From Ignavibacteriota bacterium (GTDB lineage Bacteria > Bacteroidota > Ignavibacteria > Palsa-1295), in assembly GCA_963787835.1 (NCBI GenBank), contig CAWBEI010000002.1, forward strand, positions 416,001 to 480,000: a stretch of 64,000 nt of DNA. Direction: 5' to 3'. Positions 9,666 through 17,885 of the stretch are shown here, piece by piece. The notes under the pieces were generated by a model that was not told where the DNA came from, did no database searches, and saw nothing but the letters and a program-made list of their open reading frames with translations. The translations under genes were made by a program, and so were the position numbers. Position 1 is the first letter of the stretch; the number at the start of each line of letters is the position of its first letter.

Positions 9666-9732
9666 CAGTGGATAGTTGACAGTGTTTAGTGGATAGTGTT
9701 AAATTCCAAAACTATCCACTCCTCCACTATCC
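9666..9732. repeat. Heptamer-period repeats in inverted arrangement between rplJ and rplL
   Basis: AGTGGAT AGTTGAC AGTGTTT AGTGGAT AGT ... ACTATCCACT CCTCCACT ATCC. Confidence 0.6.
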
Positions 9733-10272
9733 GTTATCCGTTACCGCAGAGGCTTTCTTCTTCTCGATCGCATCGACGAGATAGACGATATCTCGCTGCA
9801 ATGCGCCCAATGCGCCAACGATCCCCTGCATCGGAGCATTCAAGCTGCCCAGGATGCTAGCGATCACTTCCTTCTTCGACGGTAACGCCGCAACTTTCTT
9901 GAGATCCGTGCCGGGGAACGTTTGTCCCTCGACATAAGCAAGCTTGAGCGCCGGCTTATCCTGGTTCTTCTCAATAAAATCACGAAGGATCCGCGCCGGA
10001 GCCACGGGATCGTCAAAGCCGAACGCTACGCCCGTCTGACGAACAAGCGCCTTCCGAAGGTCATCGGTCAGGCGGCCAGAATCATCGAGAGCGCGGCGAA
10101 GCAGCGTGTTCTTCCCTACTTTGAAGGATAGCCCTGCGTTACGCAGTTCGTTTCGCAGACGCGTGGTCTGCTCGACGGTCATTCCCTCGAAGTCGGTGAA
10201 GTACATGCCGGTCGATCGGTCGATCACTTCACGGAGTTCCGCTACGGAACTCTCTTTTTCTTCGCGTGTCAT
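9727..10272 (-). CDS. rplJ: 50S ribosomal protein L10
   Basis: DFEGMTVEQTTRLRNELR...KVGKNTL...VAALPSKKE. Confidence 0.95.
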   Translation of the reverse strand: MTREEKESSVAELREVIDRSTGMYFTDFEGMTVEQTTRLRNELRNAGLSFKVGKNTLLRRALDDSGRLTDDLRKALVRQTGVAFGFDDPVAPARILRDFIEKNQDKPALKLAYVEGQTFPGTDLKKVAALPSKKEVIASILGSLNAPMQGIVGALGALQRDIVYLVDAIEKKKASAVTDNG

Positions 10273-10276
10273 GTAA

Positions 10277-10300
10277 TGTAGCGCAAACTTCAGTTTGCGA
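10277..10300 (+). repeat. Single GTAG-type REP immediately upstream of the rplJ start
   Basis: TGTAG-CGCAAACT-TC-AGTTTGCG. Confidence 0.6.
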
Positions 10301-10400
10301 TTTATGCCTTTGACAATACTGTTGCATACTCTGAAGTTAGAAGCTCTTCAAAATAAGCCATTTTTGCGAAGCATTTCGGCCCGTAACAACCAAAATGATA

Positions 10401-10440
10401 CTCCCCGCAGGACGCAATAAGCAGACCCCCTGCTTCATCC
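10401..10440 (-). promoter_or_regulatory. Putative L10 leader core (autogenous control site)
   Basis: Minus strand GAAGCAGG...TTATT..TCCTGCGGGG upstream of rplJ resembles the GCAGG..UUAA..CCUGC.GAGG core of the L10 leader. Confidence 0.45.
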
Positions 10441-10540
10441 GCCCTTTGCCAAATAGCGCGCCATTAACCGAATGGGGTCAAGGATAGTTCTTTCCCCCGC
10501 TCGTTCATACTTCATAATTCATACTTCATAATTTCTTCCA

Positions 10541-10732
10541 GAAATAGGTGCCATTTTTCTTTCTTGTGAGTTCCCGGTTATCCACATCGCACCTATCGAA
10601 ATTCGCTCATTTTCGCCAATTTGTTCCAACAAGTGTTCATAATCGCCTTTCCCAAAGAACTAGTTCATAAAGAAACCCAAGAATTGTATTTGCTTAAAGA
10701 AATAGGTGCCTATTATCTCACTCACAATATAC
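10541..10732 (-). repeat. Dispersed ~200-bp element, copy B
   Basis: GAAATAGGTGCC direct repeats at 10541 and 10699; CATTTTTCTTTCTTGTGAGTTCCCG is identical to copy C. Confidence 0.9.
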
Positions 10733-10777
10733 CACATCCAAATCATGAAAGCAAGGAAATTCGAAATTATTTTTGTA

Positions 10778-10987
10778 AGCGCCGTTAGGTGCGGCCCGTT
10801 TGTAGAAAATAGATGTCCATTGAACGATCAAGCGCCGAAGGAGAGGCCAGCGTTAGGCCGCTCCTTCGGAGCTTGGGGTGGTAATGCGATAACCGTTTCT
10901 ACAAACGGGCCACGCCTACGGCGTTATCGGGAATGACACGAATCCATCCGCGTAATCCGCCCAGATCCGCGTAATCCAGGTTCAGAC
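10778..10987. repeat. Mosaic palindromic repeat cluster
   Basis: Inverted arms CGCCGTTAGGTGCGGCCCGTTTGTAGAAA / TTTCTACAAACGGGCCACGCCTACGGCG enclose the hairpin CCGAAGGAG..CTCCTTCGG; followed by ATCCGCGTAATCC x2 and GGTTCAGAC. Confidence 0.8.
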
Positions 10988-13170
10988 TATTTCTTCACCA
11001 CCGGCACCGTCTCCACCTGCCCATTCATGCGAACGACGCATTCATAAGCCCCTTGTGTAGCGTAGCCATTCTTGCCTGCGTCCCAGGCGAAGGAATGCTC
11101 CCCCGCACCCAGCTCACCCGAAAACAGCCGCGCAACCTCCACGCCAAGCATATTCACAATGGAGACATCCGCATATCCGGCAGCTTGGGAGGTAAAGGTG
11201 ACTTCAGTGGATTGGGAGAAAGGGTTGGGGTAGATTTGAATTTCAGATTTAGTTGATGCTGGTGGTTGCGCAACGGAACTAATTCCGAAATCGGAAAGCG
11301 GACGGCGCCAGACAGTTGAATCCGTTCCGGCAAATAAGTTAACCCCATCCGTTGTGAGAGACAGTGCCGTGCGATATAGCCCGGTAGGAATCCAAGTAGT
11401 CCCATTGTCAGAACTTGAATATACGTCTGGGTGTCCAGCCACATAATGATCTACACTGTCATATTCAATCGGACTTACAAAAACATAATTTTGTACAACA
11501 AGAATTGAAGCTATATCACCTTTAAAGATTGCAGTGTCCATTCGTTTCCACGCGGTTCCTCCATCGAATGAGCGACAAAAGCCTTCAACGGGATTTCCAT
11601 TGCCAACGTTGGGATATCCATCGGCAAATAGAACGAAACCGTTTGCCGCAACATGATAAACATACTCATCCTTAAATAATGAATCGTTTTCTCCCCATGA
11701 ACTACCCTCATCAAGTGATACTGCAATGCCGCTTAAAGTTCCAACGAATAGTGCTGAATCAATCCGCGCAAACTCATCTGAAGTCGCATTATTCAAACCA
11801 GACGTGCCGTCCCAGGTCGTTCCACTATCGGTGGAACGAAGAACTCCACTTCGAGAACTACACAGCATTAATGGTCCCTGTACAAAAAAGCCGTTGACAA
11901 AAGCACCATCACTGCCGATCGTCATTGTCGATTCAATCCCTTGATCGGATGATTCTGATATGCCGGGGCTCAATCCGGCAAACAAACGTGGGCTATTCGA
12001 TGCCAATGAAGAGATATACATGGTATTGTCTAATCCATGACTACGATCTGACCACTCAGAGCTATCGACATTGCATGCAAAAAGTCCATTCGAATTACAC
12101 GCAAAGATTTGAGAATCTAAGTAAGTAATTGCTGCAACGGAAGAGGGCAAACCCTGATTGGAGGCTTTCCAAGTGCTACCCATTTCGTGAGAAAGAAAAA
12201 TCCCGCGCGGAGTTCCAGCAATGAGATCGTGATTGCTCGCAGTTATGTGAGCGGCATCTATGTATATGTTTGGCGGGCTTGATATAATATCGCTATCGAC
12301 ATAACTCCACGTCTTGAGTGTGTCTTCTGAACGTACAATGTGATGACTCGAAAGGATTGCGAATATCACAGCACCAACTGGGAATAGATTCTCTACCCAT
12401 TCACCATTCGGTGAGTGAATAATTGGGTTCCAGGTGCTCCCACTATCATCTGATCGATAGACAGCGCTATCAATACTCGCATATAACCTGTCCGCGTAGT
12501 TGATAATCGAACTTGCTATTTTGTACGAATGGTTGATCGAATCCCATGTCCATCCATTATCACGTGAGCGGTATATGCCACTGTATTGATAATACGGAAG
12601 ATCGTCGTCAGGGTCGACAACGCTCACGACAATATTTTGACCAATACTTGCGATTGCGGATGTGCTTGCGTAACGAATCGGGTAGGGCGCGGTAAGCCAT
12701 GCTTGAGAGATTGCATCATAATGGCCCATTCCTTCGGAAGATCCAATAAAAAATTGTGAGTCTACAATGAGCAACGGCGATCCGGTGGCATAACGTAACC
12801 CTGGAACCGTATCCCATGAAGTTCCGAAATTATGAGATTGAAGAACTCCAATACTTGTTGTGGCATACAGCACAGAATCGACAAGGTCAAAAGCAGCAAC
12901 CTGTGTGGTCTGCGTTTGAGGCCATTGCTTAAAGAAGCGAGAAGTATCTTGGAACCATGTTGCACCTCCATCCAAAGAATGAAAGAGACCGTTCCAGTAA
13001 ATACCGTTCCATTGAACGTCTGCTAAGACGGTATCACCCTTAGAGATGATTGGACCAATCGGATTACAAGCAGGTCCTTGCATAGAAACCCACTGCGCGC
13101 GTAGCACACACGTCGGCATCACCGCGAGCGCGGCAAAGAGGGTGAGTGCGAGAAGGCGTTTCGGGAACAT
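10987..13170 (-). CDS. Secreted BNR/Asp-box beta-propeller protein with a T9SS type A sorting domain
   Basis: Signal peptide; many SxDxGxTW repeats; C-terminal IYPNPF...LGVEVARLFSG...GAYECVVR. Confidence 0.88.
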   Translation of the reverse strand: MFPKRLLALTLFAALAVMPTCVLRAQWVSMQGPACNPIGPIISKGDTVLADVQWNGIYWNGLFHSLDGGATWFQDTSRFFKQWPQTQTTQVAAFDLVDSVLYATTSIGVLQSHNFGTSWDTVPGLRYATGSPLLIVDSQFFIGSSEGMGHYDAISQAWLTAPYPIRYASTSAIASIGQNIVVSVVDPDDDLPYYQYSGIYRSRDNGWTWDSINHSYKIASSIINYADRLYASIDSAVYRSDDSGSTWNPIIHSPNGEWVENLFPVGAVIFAILSSHHIVRSEDTLKTWSYVDSDIISSPPNIYIDAAHITASNHDLIAGTPRGIFLSHEMGSTWKASNQGLPSSVAAITYLDSQIFACNSNGLFACNVDSSEWSDRSHGLDNTMYISSLASNSPRLFAGLSPGISESSDQGIESTMTIGSDGAFVNGFFVQGPLMLCSSRSGVLRSTDSGTTWDGTSGLNNATSDEFARIDSALFVGTLSGIAVSLDEGSSWGENDSLFKDEYVYHVAANGFVLFADGYPNVGNGNPVEGFCRSFDGGTAWKRMDTAIFKGDIASILVVQNYVFVSPIEYDSVDHYVAGHPDVYSSSDNGTTWIPTGLYRTALSLTTDGVNLFAGTDSTVWRRPLSDFGISSVAQPPASTKSEIQIYPNPFSQSTEVTFTSQAAGYADVSIVNMLGVEVARLFSGELGAGEHSFAWDAGKNGYATQGAYECVVRMNGQVETVPVVKK

Positions 13171-13214
13171 CGTTAAAATGAAAAACAAAACGGTAGCCAA
13201 TAGTGCCCGGAAAT

Positions 13215-13490
13215 GTCTGAACCGGGATTTTTGTGATGAATGGGATTATTGGGATGGGGGATATTAGTGCCGGAGGCACGGAGTACTCGCAGCCCAGGGT
13301 GAAGTCCGCTCCCAGCGGACGGAACCCTGGGTTAACCAAGACCAGAGGTAACCTAGCCCTGAAAGGGCTGAGTCAAACCAGCGGAATTAACATCGCCCTT
13401 TCAGGGCTATAACCTCCAAATCCGATCATAACCCAGGGTTCCGCTTCGCTTCACCCTGGGCTATCGGGTACTTCGTCGCTACGCGACTTT
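13215..13490. repeat. Composite REP/BIME-like element
   Basis: GTCTGAACCGGGATT; GCCCAGGGTGAA..GGAACCCTGGGT; AGCCCTGAAAGGGCT; GCCCTTTCAGGGCT; ACCCAGGGTTCC..CACCCTGGGCT; outer arms inverted. Confidence 0.85.
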
Positions 13491-13554
13491 GGGACGCTAT
13501 CTGAACCGCACGCGCTCCCTCGTAGTTTATGTACCCTTCGAATAAAACAACTAC

Positions 13555-15036
13555 ATGGCCGAAGACAAACTAACAAAACGAAGCGAAGATTTTAGCGCGT
13601 GGTATAACGAGATCGTGCAGCGAGCCGAGCTGGCGGAGCATTCGCCGGTGCGCGGCTGCATGGTCATTCGCCCGAACGGATATGGCATCTGGGAACTGAT
13701 GCAGCAGGCACTCGACCGTATGTTCAAAGAAACGGGACATCAGAATGCGTACTTCCCACTCTTCATTCCACAATCATTCATCACCAAGGAAGCCTCGCAT
13801 GTTGAAGGCTTTTCGCCCGAACTGGCCGTCGTGACCATCGGAGGTGGGAAGGAATTGGAGGAACCGCTGGTCGTTCGTCCGACTTCAGAAACCATTATCT
13901 ATTCGATGTTCGCAAAATGGGTGCAATCCTACCGCGATCTGCCCATTTTGATGAATCAATGGGCGAATGTCGTCCGCTGGGAAATGCGGACACGGCTGTT
14001 CCTTCGCACGATGGAATTTTTATGGCAGGAAGGTCACACCGCACACGAGACTGAGCAACAAGCCGAAGAAGAGGCGCTGAAAATGCTCGGCGTATATCGC
14101 ACGTTCATGGAAGATTATCTCGCCATGCCCGTTATCATCGGACTTAAGACCGATAGCGAACGCTTCGCCGGCGCGCTCCGCACGTTTTCCACCGAAGCAC
14201 TCATGCAGGATAATAAAGCGCTGCAAAACGGCACCAGCCATAACCTCGGCCAAAATTTTGCGAAGGCATTCGAGCTGCAATTCCAGTCGCGCGACGGGAA
14301 CCTGGAATATGCGTGGAACACCTCCTGGGGCGTTTCGACACGTATGGTCGGCGGTCTCATCATGACGCATTCGGATGATGATGGACTCGTTACCCCACCG
14401 CGCGTTGCGCCGTTGCAGCTTGTCATCGTTCCCATTTTCAAGACCGACGAAGAAAAAGCCATAGTAATGATCGCCGCAGACGAAGTCTTCCGTGAAATGA
14501 AAGCCGCCGGCATTCGCACAAAGCTCGATGACCGCGATTCCCTCAGCCCTGGCGCGAAATTTTACGATTGGGAGCTAAAAGGCGTTCCATTACGTATGGA
14601 GATCGGCCCAAAGGACGTCCAAAACAATTCCGTCGTTTTAGTTCCTCGCGTTCTTTTGGACAGCGAAGAAGCGCCAAAACCGGGAAGAAAGCAAAAGCTC
14701 TTTCTTAAGAGAGAAGAGCTTGCTACCCGCATTCCAAACCTGCTCGATGCGTTGCAGAACCAACTTCTGCAAAATGCACTCACCCGCCGCGAAGCAAATA
14801 GCACCCGCGGTGTAACGAGCTATGAAGAAATGAAAGCTCTCATTGAACGCGATGCTGGATTTATCTACGCAGGTTTCTGCGGTTCTGCTGCCTGCGAGGC
14901 CAAAGTGAAAGAGGAGACGAAAGCAACGATCCGCGTGCTGCCATTCCCGGAATTTCAGAGCGCAACCAAACCAACAACTTGCGTAGTGTGCGGCTCGCCC
15001 TCAAAGCACGAGGCGGTGTGGGCGAAATCGTATTGA
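13555..15036 (+). CDS. proS: Proline--tRNA ligase (archaeal/eukaryote-like type)
   Basis: HVEGFSPE, VRPTSET, NQWANVVRWEMRTRLFLRT, GTSHNLGQNF, C-terminal AKSY. Confidence 0.97.
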   Translation: MAEDKLTKRSEDFSAWYNEIVQRAELAEHSPVRGCMVIRPNGYGIWELMQQALDRMFKETGHQNAYFPLFIPQSFITKEASHVEGFSPELAVVTIGGGKELEEPLVVRPTSETIIYSMFAKWVQSYRDLPILMNQWANVVRWEMRTRLFLRTMEFLWQEGHTAHETEQQAEEEALKMLGVYRTFMEDYLAMPVIIGLKTDSERFAGALRTFSTEALMQDNKALQNGTSHNLGQNFAKAFELQFQSRDGNLEYAWNTSWGVSTRMVGGLIMTHSDDDGLVTPPRVAPLQLVIVPIFKTDEEKAIVMIAADEVFREMKAAGIRTKLDDRDSLSPGAKFYDWELKGVPLRMEIGPKDVQNNSVVLVPRVLLDSEEAPKPGRKQKLFLKREELATRIPNLLDALQNQLLQNALTRREANSTRGVTSYEEMKALIERDAGFIYAGFCGSAACEAKVKEETKATIRVLPFPEFQSATKPTTCVVCGSPSKHEAVWAKSY

Positions 15037-15113
15037 TCGGACGTTCTTTCCTGTTTTAGAGGGGTTGCTGGAAATTATTCGTAATTTCCAGTTTGTCGTT
15101 CATAAAAGTCCTC

Positions 15114-15956
15114 ATGCGCGTCCTCCTTCTGCTCCTTCTCTTCACTGGTACAGGTGCACGTTCGGCGTTCGCCCAAATTTTCGGCACGATCACCGATTCG
15201 CCGCGCTCGCTTGGGCTAAGCCGAAGTGATGTTGCCGATGTGCATGACGAGTGGGTTCCCAACCCGGCCTTGCGTGTCGATACCGCTTCGCATCTCCGCG
15301 TAACGCTGTGGCCCGCACCGTTGAGCCTTCCGGGAAGTTATAGCGCCGGCGTTGCGGGAGATATACCCCTGGATTCACTCTGGCTCACCGGTGCATCGTT
15401 CAGCCGGTATCAATGGACAGATTCCTATTCCTGGCAATTTTTTGGTGTTCAGGCTTCGCGAGTGTTCAATGTTAGTGGTGGTGGTGATACAGGGCGACAT
15501 GCTGTTGCTGGTATTCGCCTTCGCTATGCGCAGGAAAATTTCGGAACGGAATATTTGCCACTGAGCGATATCGGCGTCGATCTTGGCGCAAGCCTGGATC
15601 TTTTTCCAAGGCTCACACTTGCGGCTGCGGTCACGCATCTCGTCAGCCTCTATAATAGTTACGGCGATTCGGTCGAAGACCGCGAGGCGTGGCTGGGTCT
15701 TTCCTATCGGCCAACGAACGATCTCACGATCGATGCCTCGTTCGAATCGAGTGAGGATGAATCTCCGGCATTTCTCGGCGGCGTCGAGTACGCGCTTGAC
15801 CCCCACATTTATGTGCGCGCTGGAACCAATACGGGGAACGGGCAGATCACTGCTGGAATTGGCGTCACGGCGGATAGTTTCTCTGCCGATTTCGCAGCGA
15901 TCCGTCATCCTGATCTGGGAACATCCATCAGCATTGCCATTGGCTTCGCGCTGTGA
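15114..15956 (+). CDS. Putative outer-membrane beta-barrel protein (PorV/PorQ-like)
   Basis: Signal peptide, PRSLGL, NPAL, alternating strands, HPDLG near the C-terminus; start placed at ATG 15114. Confidence 0.6.
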   Translation: MRVLLLLLLFTGTGARSAFAQIFGTITDSPRSLGLSRSDVADVHDEWVPNPALRVDTASHLRVTLWPAPLSLPGSYSAGVAGDIPLDSLWLTGASFSRYQWTDSYSWQFFGVQASRVFNVSGGGDTGRHAVAGIRLRYAQENFGTEYLPLSDIGVDLGASLDLFPRLTLAAAVTHLVSLYNSYGDSVEDREAWLGLSYRPTNDLTIDASFESSEDESPAFLGGVEYALDPHIYVRAGTNTGNGQITAGIGVTADSFSADFAAIRHPDLGTSISIAIGFAL

Positions 15957-17875
15957 GTGCAGCCGCTCGCGCGATGCGGCGAGTATGTATGCTATGCCTT
16001 ACGGCAGCGATCGTTGTGCTTCATTGCAAATGCTCGATCGCGCAATCTCTTCCCGATTCCAACGACATCGAAGCACGCCGAATTTTTGATATTCCCGGAA
16101 CCACAAGTATTGACCCTGATGAAACGCTGGAATATCTCGATGAGCTTGCTACGCAAACAGGGAATAATTTAGAGCGGCTTCATGCCAATGCCGATGTCTC
16201 CTGGACGGAAGCGCGCCGGGAACTGTGGGCGAAGCATTACACTCCCTTCGCAAGCGCAGATTCGACTGCCAGCTTTTCTCTTCGCAGTCGCGTTTCATCC
16301 CCATTCGATCCCGAAGCGCAGCCAGCCTATACCGACGGCGAATATTTAGGCGGGCCGACGGCCTATTACAATCGTATTATTGCTCGGTCTCAGGTACTCG
16401 AAGTAAGCGCACTTGAACAAAAGCAAGCCGGAGAGGCAAGCTTTACCGATCATCTCACTGGGTTTGCAGAGATCCCGAACGCTATTCCCATTGCCGGGTC
16501 TCTTATCCTCGAAAAAGCTGTTGTTGGCGATTATGCTCTCGCGTTTGGGAACGGCCTCCTGTTCGGAGGGGGACTTGCAAGCGCAAAAGCGCTTCACGCC
16601 GCAAGCGGCATTGAGGAACGTTCCTTTGGCTTGCGCGGAACGGTGAACGGAACTACTAAAGATCTTCGAGGCGCAGCTATCGAGCTTGCCGATGGTCCCG
16701 GACATCTTCTGCTCTTCGCATCCGACCGCCCCTTCGATGCGAAAGTCGTAAATGATACTATCGACAGCATCTATTCTACATCATATCACAGAACGGAAAG
16801 CGAACTTGCTGTGGAAAATGCCGCGTCCGCAACCACTCTCGGAGCACGACTGGAAATGGCGACAGCGGATACTGCTAATCTCTATCTTAAAGCCGGCGTA
16901 ACAGGTTGTGAACTCCGCTTCGATCATCCATATATTGGCACGAAGAGTGCGCCGTTCAGTGGTTCTCAACTTGATCTGGCTGGCGCAGATGCACTTGCCA
17001 TGAGCGGCGAGTGGACCGCAATTGCCGAGGCTGCGCACTCCGTGAACGATACATCCGCACAAACGGCGCTATTATTTTCAACTATTTTCAATCCAGAGAA
17101 AAATGTTGCATTCTCACTTAACTATCGGCACATTCCCTTCGGCTTTGAATCGCCATTCGGCGAGATCTCGGGAACTGCGGCATCCTCTCTATCCAATCTA
17201 GATGGATATTATATTGGTGTCGAGCTTTCGCCGATCCCCGAGCACCTTCGCATGAACGCATACTCACAATTCGAAAGCGAGCTTGTTCCGTTAGGCGATC
17301 TTTTCGGGAAACAGAAGTATGATTACCTTGCTTCTGCTTCCTATCGTGCAACCAGTGCGCTCGATCTCAAAGCCACTGCGCGCGACCAGGAGAACGCAAG
17401 CACTGTTTCTGATAATGGCACCGTTACCTTGCCAGGCCAAACACTGAACCTTCAGCTCGAAGCGGCCTATCATCCGGGTGCCGATGCAACCCTCCGAACA
17501 CGGTTCGATCATATACATTATTCTCTGGTGACTAAAGAAGATGGCTGGCAAGCCTCGGAGGAAGTGAGAATAAAAATTCCAACCATTAAGTCAGAGCTAA
17601 CCGTGACCACCACTCGATTTCAAACTCCTTCTGCAAATTCTGCGGTCTCTTCGTATGAAACTGGTTCACCGGGAACGGCTGTAATAAACTCGCTCGATGG
17701 ATTAGGTTGGCGTGTAGCGGCTCGCGGGACGGTTCACCCATGGCGTGCATTTGCTTTATCGGCCTATGTCGCCGGCACGATTTATGACCTTCCACGCACC
17801 ATCGGCAGCGGTGCCACGGCATACAACGGAACTTCAATGTTCACTGCGACCGTACAGATCGATGTGAGGCTCTAA
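15953..17875 (+). CDS. Exported beta-barrel protein related to the Bacteroidota HhH-domain-containing family (HhH motifs not evident here)
   Basis: EQKQAGE, VVGDYALAFGNGLL, LRGAA and YHRTESE motifs; GTGA overlap with the upstream gene. Confidence 0.6.
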   Translation: MSAAARAMRRVCMLCLTAAIVVLHCKCSIAQSLPDSNDIEARRIFDIPGTTSIDPDETLEYLDELATQTGNNLERLHANADVSWTEARRELWAKHYTPFASADSTASFSLRSRVSSPFDPEAQPAYTDGEYLGGPTAYYNRIIARSQVLEVSALEQKQAGEASFTDHLTGFAEIPNAIPIAGSLILEKAVVGDYALAFGNGLLFGGGLASAKALHAASGIEERSFGLRGTVNGTTKDLRGAAIELADGPGHLLLFASDRPFDAKVVNDTIDSIYSTSYHRTESELAVENAASATTLGARLEMATADTANLYLKAGVTGCELRFDHPYIGTKSAPFSGSQLDLAGADALAMSGEWTAIAEAAHSVNDTSAQTALLFSTIFNPEKNVAFSLNYRHIPFGFESPFGEISGTAASSLSNLDGYYIGVELSPIPEHLRMNAYSQFESELVPLGDLFGKQKYDYLASASYRATSALDLKATARDQENASTVSDNGTVTLPGQTLNLQLEAAYHPGADATLRTRFDHIHYSLVTKEDGWQASEEVRIKIPTIKSELTVTTTRFQTPSANSAVSSYETGSPGTAVINSLDGLGWRVAARGTVHPWRAFALSAYVAGTIYDLPRTIGSGATAYNGTSMFTATVQIDVRL

Positions 17876-17885
17876 CAAGCAATAA

